A stretch of 39,037 bases of DNA from the IMG/VR virus record IMGVR_UViG_2778261428_000004, positions 1-39,037 of that record; one strand, written 5' to 3'. A program made the translations under genes and the position numbers. This document shows, piece after piece, positions 22,196-30,724 of the stretch; position 1 is the stretch's first letter, and every line of letters starts with the position of its first letter. The notes below the pieces were generated by a model. The model ran no database searches and had not been told where the DNA came from. It saw only the letters and a list, made by a program, of their open reading frames with translations. The stretch comes from a virus (lineage: Duplodnaviria > Heunggongvirae > Uroviricota > Caudoviricetes).

Positions 22196-22554
22196 ACGTT
22201 CTCCAGTTCGGTGATTTTTATTCCAAGCCGTCCGCCTGGTACTTTCACACCACGAATTACGCGAATGTCATCGAATTGCTCGTCGTCTTCCGCAAATCCG
22301 GCGTGGATAAGGGAGTCGAGTAAACCTTTCAGGATGTTGTCGAGGTCGCGGCGGCGGGAGTCTGGAACGTCTGCGATGACTTTGATACGGAGTCGTGATT
22401 TGGTGAAAATATCTAACTTGAGTTGGCGGATGATTTGCTGAACGTCTTTTCGGTATTTCTGGCCTTTATCGCTGATGTAGTATTGACTTCCCCGTCTTCG
22501 CCAGTAGGTATTCACCGACGGCGGGTATGGAAGCACAAACTGATATTCGTTCAT
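22192..22554 (-). CDS. rusA: Holliday junction resolvase RusA-like
   Basis: 120 aa; LPYPPSVNTYWRRRG and DVPDSRRRDLDNILKGLLDSL match RusA motifs. Confidence 0.85.
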   Translation of the reverse strand: MNEYQFVLPYPPSVNTYWRRRGSQYYISDKGQKYRKDVQQIIRQLKLDIFTKSRLRIKVIADVPDSRRRDLDNILKGLLDSLIHAGFAEDDEQFDDIRVIRGVKVPGGRLGIKITELENV

Positions 22555-22841
22555 GACTTAATCTTCCCCTCCTTCAGCAGTATCGCCTGCGTCCTGATCA
22601 CGCCTTCGAGGTGGTAAAGTCTGGCGTCTTTGTTGTCGAGGTTATGGGTGCGTCGGTCGATCTCCGCGTGGCAGTCACTACAAGCCCATGCGCCGATCAG
22701 GTCGTCAGGCTTCATTCCCGTTCCGCAAATTCCAGCCATCCGGTAATGTGCCAGAACTGTAGTTTCAGGGTTGCCATTGCATACGCCGTAAATACGTACC
22801 TGGCATTCTCTGCCGCGCGCTTCTTTGCGTAGGTTAGCCAT
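22551..22841 (-). CDS. DUF1364 family protein (YbcO-like, Cys-rich putative nuclease)
   Basis: 96 aa with CxxxxxxC...CSDCH pattern; nin-region position upstream of rusA as in DLP12-type prophages. Confidence 0.55.
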   Translation of the reverse strand: MANLRKEARGRECQVRIYGVCNGNPETTVLAHYRMAGICGTGMKPDDLIGAWACSDCHAEIDRRTHNLDNKDARLYHLEGVIRTQAILLKEGKIKS

Positions 22842-23563
22842 TAAGCAGCCTCCCCTGTTACTTTCAGCATTCCGTTATCGAGCAGCTTTCTGGTCAGCCA
22901 CTGTTGACCACGCCCGGTGATTTTTGTGGTGAACGATATCTGTATTCCGTGATTTGTGTTGACCGCTGTTTCTTTCACTGTGAAATAGCCGCGATCCATA
23001 TATTCCTGCATTGGCACATTTCGCCGGGAACCTGAAGCAATAAGGATTTTGTGATCGCGCATCCACGCAAACAGTTTGTTTGGACCAATACCGACAACCT
23101 TTGCAAAGTTTCCAATCAAAATTCCGCTGGCCTCGCCAACGCGATCGGCAAACTCAACTTTAGGTGCGGCAATTGCGAGCTGGTTTTCCAGTTGCATTTT
23201 CTGCTCAGCAAGGTCAGCAGCAAGGCGCAACGCTTCTGGTAGCGTTTTTGGGATATTAACCGCAGCTTCTTCAAGCTCTCGCCAACGGTCAACAAGACGA
23301 GCGGTGAATTCCGGCGACAACTGGGCAACGACAATAATGCTGTCGCGCTTACCTTGTTCGCCTTCGAAGACGTAAGCCTCGACACTACGGCGCAGTCCTA
23401 AGTTATTGATTTTTTCGAAAACCTGCAATGCAGGAAGTTGAATAACTCCAGATTTAGCCAGGCGCTCTATTGATATTTTTACGTTATCTGGACGACTTCC
23501 CACCAACTCAGCGATTTCAATGCTTGTCATTTTGATGGCATTGCCATTTATTAACTCATTCAT
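22841..23563 (-). CDS. Rha-family regulatory protein with C-terminal KilA-C / antirepressor (Ant-like) domain
   Basis: N-terminal NGNAIKMTSIEIAELVGSRPDNV (Rha-type) and a C-terminal region resembling AntA/KilAC domains; domain assignment is from memory. Confidence 0.6.
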   Translation of the reverse strand: MNELINGNAIKMTSIEIAELVGSRPDNVKISIERLAKSGVIQLPALQVFEKINNLGLRRSVEAYVFEGEQGKRDSIIVVAQLSPEFTARLVDRWRELEEAAVNIPKTLPEALRLAADLAEQKMQLENQLAIAAPKVEFADRVGEASGILIGNFAKVVGIGPNKLFAWMRDHKILIASGSRRNVPMQEYMDRGYFTVKETAVNTNHGIQISFTTKITGRGQQWLTRKLLDNGMLKVTGEAA

Positions 23564-23726
23564 CGTCTTCTTCCTCGTACATTGAGCTATTCGGATCGCT
23601 CATCAGTTCTGCGCAGCAGTGCTCACACACATGAACTTCCAGCACATGCAGCTTCTGACCGCAGTTAGCGCACGTTAAAGCCCGCTCGACGCTTTCTTGT
23701 TCGTAACTTCGATTTGGGTCAATCAC
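23556..23726 (-). CDS. ninF: NinF-like zinc-ribbon protein
   Basis: Not in the ORF track (56 aa). GTG start with GAGGA upstream; [39 protein letters not shown] matches lambda NinF as recalled. Confidence 0.75.
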   Translation of the reverse strand: MIDPNRSYEQESVERALTCANCGQKLHVLEVHVCEHCCAELMSDPNSSMYEEEDDE

Positions 23727-23905
23727 CTTGTTTTCCTCGCACGTTCTCTAAGCCACCGGATATCCCACAGGTGAGCCGTGTAGTTGAAGGTTTTTACGTC
23801 AGATTCTTTTGGGATTGGCTTGCGTTTATTTCTGGAGCGCTTCGTTGGAAGGTATTTGCAGTTTTCGCAGATGATGTCGGTGATACTTCGTCGCTGTCGT
23901 CTCAT
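23723..23905 (-). CDS. ninE: NinE-like protein
   Basis: From internal ATG 23905: [52 protein letters not shown] matches lambda NinE as recalled. Confidence 0.8.
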   Translation of the reverse strand: MRRQRRSITDIICENCKYLPTKRSRNKRKPIPKESDVKTFNYTAHLWDIRWLRERARKTR

Positions 23906-24429
23906 GCCGCCATCCTGACGCCCTGCCCGATCGCCATCAATGCCGCTTTTGATACGGTAGTAAACATCCGTCGAGGACTGATGAACGGTCGCCAAATCAG
24001 CAGCATGGAGCCTTTGCTGTTTCCCTTCTTCTCCAGCCCTGTCGATGGTTCGATAAAATTAATCCGTCCATCAGTGATAATGCGAACTTCGTCGACACTC
24101 TCCAGAGCCTTGCTGAACCATCCGACTGACATATCCTCTGGCACAAGCATAACTACCGTCTGTCGCTGTTGTATGCACTGCTCAGCGGCTTTTTCCACCC
24201 ACGGCCTGATATTGCTGTACGGTGGGTTATTCCAGATTGCACCGTGGCTTACCCACTCAGAATTTAGCGCGTCGTCGGCCTCAGTTAGCCAGTGAGCGCA
24301 CAGAGCATTTTTGTCGCTCGCTGCCGAATCCAGCCAGAATCCAAACTCAATATCCAGTGCATCAAAAAGCCAAAGCGGCGTTTGCCAGCAGTCCTTATCG
24401 TGTGCTGGCGTATTTGATTTGATAGTCAT
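23902..24429 (-). CDS. Phage DNA N6-adenine methyltransferase (Dam-like orphan MTase)
   Basis: NPPYS catalytic motif and [13 protein letters not shown]; start taken at internal ATG 24429, overlapping the ninB stop. Confidence 0.75.
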   Translation of the reverse strand: MTIKSNTPAHDKDCWQTPLWLFDALDIEFGFWLDSAASDKNALCAHWLTEADDALNSEWVSHGAIWNNPPYSNIRPWVEKAAEQCIQQRQTVVMLVPEDMSVGWFSKALESVDEVRIITDGRINFIEPSTGLEKKGNSKGSMLLIWRPFISPRRMFTTVSKAALMAIGQGVRMAA

Positions 24430-24866
24430 GCAGCCCGATCTCCCCATCTTGCTTTCCACTCCAGAGCCAGTCGCGCTTCGTCTGACCACTTAACGCCACG
24501 CTCTGTACCGAATGCCTGTATAAGCTCTAGTAGCTCCGCAAATTCGCTTACACGCATCCTGCTGGTTGACTGGCCTATTACCACAAAGCCATTCCCGGCA
24601 AGGTTAGGAACAACGTCCTGCTGCTTTAATGCTGCGGTAAACACACACTTCCAGCTTTCTGCATCCAGCCAGCGACCATGCCATTCAACCTGACGAGAGA
24701 CGTCACCTAAGCAGGCCCATAGCTTCCTGTTTTGGTCTAAGCTGCGGTTGCGTTCCTGAATGGTTACTACGATTGGTTTGGTTGGGTCTGGAAGGATTTG
24801 CTGTACTGCGTGAATAGCGTTTTGCTGATGTGCTGGAGATCGAATTTCAAAGGTTAGCTTTTTCAT
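24426..24866 (-). CDS. ninB: Recombination protein NinB
   Basis: From ATG 24866 (GGGAGAGGG upstream): MKKLTFEIRSPAHQQNAIHAVQQILPDPTKPIVVTIQERNRSLDQNRKLWACLGDVS is essentially lambda NinB as recalled. Confidence 0.9.
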   Translation of the reverse strand: MKKLTFEIRSPAHQQNAIHAVQQILPDPTKPIVVTIQERNRSLDQNRKLWACLGDVSRQVEWHGRWLDAESWKCVFTAALKQQDVVPNLAGNGFVVIGQSTSRMRVSEFAELLELIQAFGTERGVKWSDEARLALEWKARWGDRAA

Positions 24867-24877
24867 GACTTCCCTCT

Positions 24878-24914
24878 CCCCCAAATAAAAAGGCCTGCGA
24901 TTACCAGCAGGCCT
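24878..24914 (-). terminator. Rho-independent terminator between replication and nin genes (tR2-like)
   Basis: Minus strand AGGCCTGC-loop-GCAGGCCT followed by TTTTATTTGGGGG. Confidence 0.6.
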
Positions 24915-24943
24915 GTTATTAGCTCAGTGATGTAGATGGTCAT

Positions 24944-26824
24944 TTAATACTCCGTCACGTTTTCCTGTCGCCACGCCTCGTCATATTCCGATTTCGGCAT
25001 ATTGGCGATGTAGCTATATGGCGATCCTGATTCAAGTTGCAGGAACTGGTGCGATTGCTCGTCAAGGAACAACGGGACACCACCCTCCCAACCTTCGCCG
25101 TTACGTTGTTTTTCAAGCATCAAAACAGATGCCGGAGATGCCAGTAGCTGTTCGTCCTTCTCTGACATCTTTTCACCACTCTGAACTCTCTGTAACGCTC
25201 TCTCGCGAGCCTTGTTACGCCAGATGATGAAAAGGTTGTCTGTCAGGTCTGTTATCGCTCCAGAGCCTTTTACGTCCATTTTCCCGGTTGGTTTTTCTTC
25301 GCTGTCTCCTTTTCGCGAGTGAGTAACGAGAATGACGTGGGAGTTTGTTTTGTTTTTGAAGTCGCAAATCGAGTCAACAAACGCCTTCTGCCCGTTATAG
25401 TCATCGTCGCCTATGCCACATTTCATCAGGCTGTCGATGATGAATAACTGGATACCGTATCGGCGGCGAGCGTAGTCGAATATTTCGATCAGCCTGTCGG
25501 CTTTCGCCGTTCCGGTCAGGCCAAACACCCAAAGTCTTTCGTCATAAAATTTAAATGCAGAGTCAATTTCCAGCACTGGCGGCATCTTGCAGCACGTTGC
25601 CTGACGGGTAAGTCGCTTAAGGAGAATGCCTGGCTTCAGCTCAAGTGACGCGATGCACGTCTTCACACCCTGACGCATTGCCTCAAGTGCCATATGCCCG
25701 ACAACCTCCGTTTTTCCGTGACCGTTCACACCATTGACCAGCGTCAACTCTGCCTCACGGAACTGGAATTTATCTGCCAGAGATTCCCACGGTGGATTAA
25801 ACAGATACTGCTGCTTGCCGTAGAAAGCGTTGATAGTGTCCTGGTAAAACTCTCGCGCACTGTAGAGTTCTTCAGGATCGAAGTAGGATGCCGTGCCGAT
25901 GTACTGCCAGATTTCATCCTCGGTAACACCGTTCATCAGGCATTCGTTGATGTCTTTGTACGGCAGAGTAACAAGACGGCAACGATGTTCACCGAGTCGG
26001 CTTGCGATTTCCCTTGCGGCTTCACGACCAACATCATCAACGTCCATCGAGATGAATATCTCCTCAAACCTGTCGAGGTTGTGATACTCAAACTCAATCC
26101 ACTGTTGCTTAGCACCTTTCCCGCCACCAAACGGCACGGATAACGCCGAGATGCCGTATTGCGCATAGCTCATACAATCAATTTCGCCTTCGCAAAGCAC
26201 AACCGCCCTCACGCCAGCGTCCAGAGCCTGCCATCCGAACAGACAAGGTTCGCAATCACCTTCTGCCATAATGACTTTCTTCCCGTCCGGGCGCTCAGTG
26301 CTGATTCGCTTGACCTGCAACAACTCACCATCGCGTTTGTACGGAAGCACCAGAGCATCCAGTTCTTGTTCTCCATTCCACACCTTGCCGCTGACAACCT
26401 CGTAGCGCTTTACGACTTCTGGCGATATGCCACGCGATTGCAGGTACTCAAGATGGGATTCTGTTCTGGTAACGTAGCGGGCGATTTTCTTGCGATCAGG
26501 TCTGGAGAATTTCTTCTCACGTTTGGCATCGAAATGGTGATCGTCATCCTTGATACCGAGAAATGCTTTCGCTTCCTGCATAGCCTGATGCAGGTTAATT
26601 CCTCGACATGCCATCCACAAATCAAGCATGTCACCGCCGTCTCCCTCAGCGAAATCAGCCCATTTTTTCTTGCCGCTAAGGTTGACCTTAAGGCTGTTTC
26701 CCTTGTCACCGTTGACGTTACCGGCAACCCACTCATGCCCCTCTTTCTTGCCGTTCGGCAACAGGTGCGGAGCCACCCTGTCAACCTGCGCCCAAAGCAG
26801 GTCGCTAAGTTCACTTGGCGTCAT
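24944..26824 (-). CDS. Bifunctional primase-helicase (Toprim primase domain fused to DnaB/RecA-like helicase domain)
   Basis: Toprim-like VVLCEGEIDCMS; Walker A GVNGHGKT; Walker B-like LFIIDSL; 626 aa. Confidence 0.75.
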   Translation of the reverse strand: MTPSELSDLLWAQVDRVAPHLLPNGKKEGHEWVAGNVNGDKGNSLKVNLSGKKKWADFAEGDGGDMLDLWMACRGINLHQAMQEAKAFLGIKDDDHHFDAKREKKFSRPDRKKIARYVTRTESHLEYLQSRGISPEVVKRYEVVSGKVWNGEQELDALVLPYKRDGELLQVKRISTERPDGKKVIMAEGDCEPCLFGWQALDAGVRAVVLCEGEIDCMSYAQYGISALSVPFGGGKGAKQQWIEFEYHNLDRFEEIFISMDVDDVGREAAREIASRLGEHRCRLVTLPYKDINECLMNGVTEDEIWQYIGTASYFDPEELYSAREFYQDTINAFYGKQQYLFNPPWESLADKFQFREAELTLVNGVNGHGKTEVVGHMALEAMRQGVKTCIASLELKPGILLKRLTRQATCCKMPPVLEIDSAFKFYDERLWVFGLTGTAKADRLIEIFDYARRRYGIQLFIIDSLMKCGIGDDDYNGQKAFVDSICDFKNKTNSHVILVTHSRKGDSEEKPTGKMDVKGSGAITDLTDNLFIIWRNKARERALQRVQSGEKMSEKDEQLLASPASVLMLEKQRNGEGWEGGVPLFLDEQSHQFLQLESGSPYSYIANMPKSEYDEAWRQENVTEY

Positions 26825-26931
26825 GATTCCCTCAGATTGAGATTTTTAAACCAGAAATCGACAAACGAAATACTTAACCAGCCGTGGTTATAACCAGCGA
26901 CCAGTAGCGATTTGATTTTTGATTTCATGGT

Positions 26932-27792
26932 TCACCTGTCGAAAAACACGTAGCCAGTTTTCGATACGGTGATTGCGGATGATGGTTTAGATTGTGGTTG
27001 AATGGTTTCTGGCTTTTCGTCGTTCCAGCGCTGACCGTTCAGGTAGCTCGATGGTAACAACCTGTCGAATCCGAACTGCTTACCATTCCTGCATGCGATG
27101 TCTTCTGCCAGCATCGTGGCAAACTCGCTTGCCGTACCCTTGGTAGTTTTACGCCATTCCCTGAACTGTGTTCTGAATGCCGTAGCTGCGTTTTTCTTCC
27201 CGGCTTTCCGCATGCCTGCACACCAGAATATTTCCTCGAATGCCTTGTCGGTTTCTTCGTGACGGTCAGGTGATTTTTCACACTCCGTCCGAACACTTTC
27301 GGACATAGTGTTTTTATTATTTCTTTTTTCTTTTGTAATAGTTTCTTTTGTGTGTCCCTGTTTTGGTGACAGCGCTGTCACCGTTTTGGTGACACTTTTT
27401 GTCACCAATGCAGTGACATTATCACCAGAGTAGTGACACCCTTCGATTTTCCATTCTTCGATGTTCTTGTTAGGCCCGATTTGCTGGCCTTCGCGAAGGA
27501 TAACCTTCATCGCGATAAGCTCATTCTTGGCCTTGTTTACCTTCTGTCTTGGCAGCCTGGTAATTTGAGCTAACTGACTATCAGAGATGCGATCCATCTT
27601 TTTACCGTAGCCGTATGTTTTACGGCATATGGCGTGGGCAACCTTGCTCTGATTTTTCGTTAAATCTGCGCCGATAAGCTCTTCATACAGGGCATTTGCA
27701 AGACGGGTATAACCATCTTCAACTTCTGCCACACGACGCTCCACAGGCCGTTGTGAAGGCCTTAAATGTGTTACGGTTGCAAGATTACTCAT
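26932..27792 (-). CDS. Replication initiator, lambda O-like (N-terminal origin-binding domain family)
   Basis: Position after cII/orf48; internal iterons and AT-rich tract in the linker-coding region, as in lambda O/ori. No close sequence recall for the C-terminal domain. Confidence 0.65.
   Translation of the reverse strand: MSNLATVTHLRPSQRPVERRVAEVEDGYTRLANALYEELIGADLTKNQSKVAHAICRKTYGYGKKMDRISDSQLAQITRLPRQKVNKAKNELIAMKVILREGQQIGPNKNIEEWKIEGCHYSGDNVTALVTKSVTKTVTALSPKQGHTKETITKEKRNNKNTMSESVRTECEKSPDRHEETDKAFEEIFWCAGMRKAGKKNAATAFRTQFREWRKTTKGTASEFATMLAEDIACRNGKQFGFDRLLPSSYLNGQRWNDEKPETIQPQSKPSSAITVSKTGYVFFDR
27305..27440. other. Candidate origin of replication: about 7 GGTGACA/TGTCACC iterons at roughly 11-12 bp spacing, followed in gene orientation by an AT-rich tract
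   Basis: Seen directly: TTTTGGTGACAGCGCTGTCACCGTTTTGGTGACACTTTTTGTCACCAATGCAGTGACATTATCACCAGAGTAGTGACAC, then the AT-rich 27305-27355. Lies inside the O-like gene. Confidence 0.6.
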
Positions 27793-27931
27793 GACCTTTC
27801 TCCTTCTGCATCAGCTTCACTTTTTCCAACTCAGCCCGGAATCGACCAGGCTGCTTGAAGCTGGACAGGAAGCGATCACGTAGTATGTGTTTGTGAATTT
27901 TGTCCTGGTAAGAACTGAGTTGTTTTGTCAT
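27785..27931 (-). CDS. Small hypothetical protein (48 aa) between cII and O-like genes
   Basis: ATG 27931 with AGGAG upstream; stop overlaps the O-like start. P22 has a 48-codon ORF at this position as recalled. Confidence 0.45.
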   Translation of the reverse strand: MTKQLSSYQDKIHKHILRDRFLSSFKQPGRFRAELEKVKLMQKEKGHE

Positions 27932-27965
27932 AATTACTCCTGTGGATTGATCCAGTCTTTCTACA

Positions 27966-28244
27966 TCAGGCCTCGAAGAATTCGCCGTTCTTCGGGGCTT
28001 TTTCTTTTGTCAGCATTCTGGCTACTTTCTTAGCCAGTTCCGCCAACTCCTCGTCTTCAACACCCCATTCAAGAACAGCCAGAAGCATTCCCATTTTTGG
28101 GATGAAGCTGTCTTTCCATCGTGAAATTTGCGATTCATTAATCCCTAACGCGTCGGCCACCTTTCGCTGACCACGTACAGCAATTCGATTCAGGATGTTG
28201 CTTGTAATTGCATTCGCTTTCTTGCGAGTACTTGTAAGTTGCAT
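27966..28244 (-). CDS. cII: Transcriptional activator cII-like
   Basis: [29 protein letters not shown] matches the lambda CII core as recalled. Confidence 0.85.
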   Translation of the reverse strand: MQLTSTRKKANAITSNILNRIAVRGQRKVADALGINESQISRWKDSFIPKMGMLLAVLEWGVEDEELAELAKKVARMLTKEKAPKNGEFFEA

Positions 28245-28261
28245 ATGTAAGTATTTCCTTA

Positions 28262-28295
28262 ACTAATAAGAAGTTATGCGCATCAACTTATGCGC
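28262..28295 (-). terminator. Possible tR1-like hairpin between nutR and cII
   Basis: Inverted repeat GCGCAT-N6-ATGCGC followed on the minus strand by a T-rich stretch; weak. Confidence 0.3.
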
Positions 28296-28302
28296 GTTGT
28301 AT

Positions 28303-28346
28303 TCCCGCATTTCGGCGGGAATGAGGACCATGACTGTTAAAGAGCG
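28303..28346 (-). promoter_or_regulatory. nutR (boxA GCTCTTTAACA plus boxB hairpin)
   Basis: Minus strand CGCTCTTTAACA ... TCCCGCCGAAATGCGGGAA; the same boxB is present upstream of N. Confidence 0.65.
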
Positions 28347-28352
28347 GTGTTA

Positions 28353-28553
28353 CTATTTGTTTTTCTTGTTGCTTGGGAAAGGACGAACTTCCTCTCCAAT
28401 CACACTGCCATCAGGCTTTACCGTAACCATAATGTTACGGCCTGCCAGAATGGCCTTGCTGATAGCGCACTGGATTACACCAAAGTCACTGGCTGCTTTA
28501 GCCTGTCCATGGATTTTGGCGTAATCGGCAAGTGTCATTCGAATCATATGCAC
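28353..28553 (-). CDS. cro: Cro repressor
   Basis: 66 aa; ...[20 protein letters not shown]...[15 protein letters not shown] parallels lambda Cro. Confidence 0.9.
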   Translation of the reverse strand: MHMIRMTLADYAKIHGQAKAASDFGVIQCAISKAILAGRNIMVTVKPDGSVIGEEVRPFPSNKKNK

Positions 28554-28653
28554 TCTCCGTTATTAACCATGAACAAAGAATACTACAGGTATTCAAAGCA
28601 ATCAATACTCAGGGTATTTTTAGTTTAAGTACCTTAGCTATTAGAATTAAGCT
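28554..28653. promoter_or_regulatory. Right operator/promoter region OR with pR (minus strand) and pRM (plus strand)
   Basis: Two palindromic operators, GAATACTACAGGTATTC (28578-28594) and AATACTCAGGGTATT (28604-28619). pR is -35 TTGATT / -10 TATTCT on the minus strand, with SD GGAGAG before cro. Confidence 0.6.
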
Positions 28654-29370
28654 ATGGAAAATAAAAAATCACTGACGACAGAACAGCTGGAAGACGCTAA
28701 GCGGCTTAAGGCTTTGTATGAGTCAAAAAAGAAAGAATTGGGAATAACCCAATACTCAATCGCTGATGAACTGGGTATCACCCAAGGAGCGGTAGGGCAT
28801 TATCTTAATGGCAGAAATGCGCTAAACGTTGAGGTTGCATCTGGTTTTGCACGATTGTTGCAAGTCTCAATTGCTGATTTTAGCCAGTCAATTGCTGCCA
28901 AGGTTGCAGAACAGGCAGAAAGCCTTAAGAGCGATGCCAACGTAAGGTATGCAGGGGAATACAGAGCAGGAAAGAGGTATCCGGTGTTAAGCAGTATCCA
29001 GGCTGGCTCGTGGTGTGAAGCATGCGAACCATACACCATTAAAGACATAGATGTTTGGCTTGAGTCTGACGCGCATATTCAAGGTAATGCGTTCTGGCTT
29101 AAAGTGGAAGGTGATTCAATGACGGCACCGGTTGGGTTAAGCATTCCAGAGGGAACATTCGTTCTTTTCGATACCGGAAGGGAGGCGATCAACGGCAGCT
29201 TGGTCATAGCAAAACTTTCTGACTCTAACGAAGCAACATTCAAGAAGCTGATAATCGACGGCGGAAATAAATACCTCAAGGGACTTAATCCTGCATGGCC
29301 TCTCGTGCCAATCAATGGAAACTGCAAGATTATAGGCGTTGCAATTGAGACAAAACTCAGACTGGTTTGA
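28654..29370 (+). CDS. cI: CI prophage repressor (HTH N-terminal domain, S24 LexA-like autocleavage C-terminal domain)
   Basis: N-terminus parallels lambda CI (LTTEQLEDAKRLKALYESKKKELGITQ). C-terminal domain carries AG cleavage-site context and FWLKVEGDSMTAP...FKKL. Divergent from cro. Confidence 0.9.
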   Translation: MENKKSLTTEQLEDAKRLKALYESKKKELGITQYSIADELGITQGAVGHYLNGRNALNVEVASGFARLLQVSIADFSQSIAAKVAEQAESLKSDANVRYAGEYRAGKRYPVLSSIQAGSWCEACEPYTIKDIDVWLESDAHIQGNAFWLKVEGDSMTAPVGLSIPEGTFVLFDTGREAINGSLVIAKLSDSNEATFKKLIIDGGNKYLKGLNPAWPLVPINGNCKIIGVAIETKLRLV

Positions 29371-29388
29371 TCACGCAAGGGGGCGCTT

Positions 29389-29757
29389 ATGGTTGGAACC
29401 GCTATAGCAAGCTTTTTTGGGATGTTGGCAATCTCGACAATTTACGGCTTAGCGCATGCTTTTATTGCGAAATCTCTATCAGAAAAAATAAGCCAGGCTT
29501 GGGCGCATAGATCAGCTCGTTTCATGATTCTGGTGATCATAGCAATACAAGGGATATCTGCATTTATCCTCTATGGATCAAGCTTATACCTATTGTATCA
29601 AGGCGCGACATTTACGCCTTACACCAGTGATTACGGAACTCTATACGATGGTAGTGAAGACATCACTGTGGCTTGGATCGTCTTTGGTTTATCTATGGCC
29701 GTGTCTGTTGTAGCAGACATCATTAAGGTAATTCTCGTCTTAACCTTCGCTGACTAA
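29389..29757 (+). CDS. Small integral membrane protein (about 3 TM helices) co-oriented with and 18 bp downstream of cI
   Basis: AAGGGGG SD before ATG 29389; three hydrophobic segments. Occupies the lambda rexA/rexB position between cI and OL/pL; no sequence recognised. Confidence 0.6.
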   Translation: MVGTAIASFFGMLAISTIYGLAHAFIAKSLSEKISQAWAHRSARFMILVIIAIQGISAFILYGSSLYLLYQGATFTPYTSDYGTLYDGSEDITVAWIVFGLSMAVSVVADIIKVILVLTFAD

Positions 29758-29886
29758 CCTATAATCCCGGCAGCAATAGCTATCGGGATCCACTTCACAT
29801 ATCCCGCATAAAAAGCACTGAACAAGCAGACACCGAAAAAATAAATATCCTTTGTATTCATTTGCTTATCATTATTTCATCAAAAA

Positions 29887-29935
29887 TAAATACCTTGGGT
29901 ATTTACACAATAAAATACCTACAGTATTCTTTAGC
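29887..29935 (+). promoter_or_regulatory. Left operator/promoter region OL/pL
   Basis: Operators AAATACCTTGGGTATTT and AATACCTACAGTATTC share half-sites with OR; -35 TTTACA and -10 TATTCT are embedded. Confidence 0.6.
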
Positions 29936-29976
29936 CATCAGCAGGACGCTGGAAGCCAAACGGAACAGATTGGCAG

Positions 29977-30017
29977 GCTCTTTAACATTGATGGGATTGT
30001 CCCGCCGAAATGCGGGA
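29977..30017 (+). promoter_or_regulatory. nutL (boxA GCTCTTTAACA plus boxB hairpin CCCGC-CGAAAT-GCGGG)
   Basis: Same boxA/boxB sequences as nutR, about 110 nt upstream of N. Confidence 0.65.
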
Positions 30018-30124
30018 ACCAAAGAGTAGTTGGCTTTGGGGTGACGTGAAGTGCAGCTGCACGACGGCAACCGGAAGATAAGCACCCGGCGCGTCACCGC
30101 CAAAGTCAATCATCGGAGGTCAAC

Positions 30125-30430
30125 ATGACAGTAGTCATTACATATCTGGCTGACGATAACGCCAGAAATCGCCGCAGAGCACGCAGACAGGCTCAACGTG
30201 AACAGGCAATGCAAGAACAGCGACTGGCGCGAAAGATTGCGCTAAAGCTCTCTGGTTGCGTCAGAGCAGACAAAGCAGCATCACTCGGAAGCCTTCGCTG
30301 CAAGAAGGCAGAAGAAGTCGAGCGTAAACAGAACCGTATTTACTACCGCAAGCCACGCAGTGAAATGGGTGTTACTTGTGTTGGTCGCCAGAAAATGAAA
30401 TTAGGCAGCAAACCACTGTATGAGGGGTGA
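30125..30430 (+). CDS. N: Antitermination protein N-like (arginine-rich motif)
   Basis: N-terminal ARM DDNARNRRRARRQAQREQ; position between pL/nutL and the early-left genes. Confidence 0.8.
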   Translation: MTVVITYLADDNARNRRRARRQAQREQAMQEQRLARKIALKLSGCVRADKAASLGSLRCKKAEEVERKQNRIYYRKPRSEMGVTCVGRQKMKLGSKPLYEG

Positions 30431-30433
30431 TCT

Positions 30434-30685
30434 ATGGAATTTCATGAAAGTGCGATTTATGATTTCCGCGCTAACGCAAATTCAGTAAAACCACAGCCAA
30501 TTGCAGTTCTTTTTAAAACAATGGGAGCGTGGGCTGTTTTATGCTTCGCCGCTGATGACACTGACGCAAGAATGGCAATAGGCCAAGAGATGGAGATGGA
30601 CCCGACAAACGATGAATTCATAATTTATGGCGCTCCATCTAATTACTTACTTGATACCTGCAACATTTACAACAAGGCTGCCTGA
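30434..30685 (+). CDS. Hypothetical early-left protein (83 aa)
   Basis: ATG with GAGGGG SD; directly follows N. Confidence 0.5.
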   Translation: MEFHESAIYDFRANANSVKPQPIAVLFKTMGAWAVLCFAADDTDARMAIGQEMEMDPTNDEFIIYGAPSNYLLDTCNIYNKAA

Positions 30686-30724
30686 TGGTGGCCTTTATTT
30701 TTGGCACTAACAACAGAGGCTAAC

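Noticed and set aside
24867-24884. Longer NinB ORF starting MGEREVM
   Set aside because: The extension runs into the tR2-like terminator hairpin region; homology to lambda NinB starts at ATG 24866, which has a strong SD.
26159-26893. 244-aa plus-strand ORF
   Set aside because: Antisense to the primase-helicase gene. The same applies to the other plus-strand ORFs inside 4786-18590 and to 23714-24295 (antisense to ninE and the methyltransferase), and to the minus-strand ORF 35111-35575 (antisense to the Ea22-like genes).
28276-28628. Plus-strand ORFs 28276-28524 and 28347-28628
   Set aside because: They overlap cro and nutR on the opposite strand and have no homology support.
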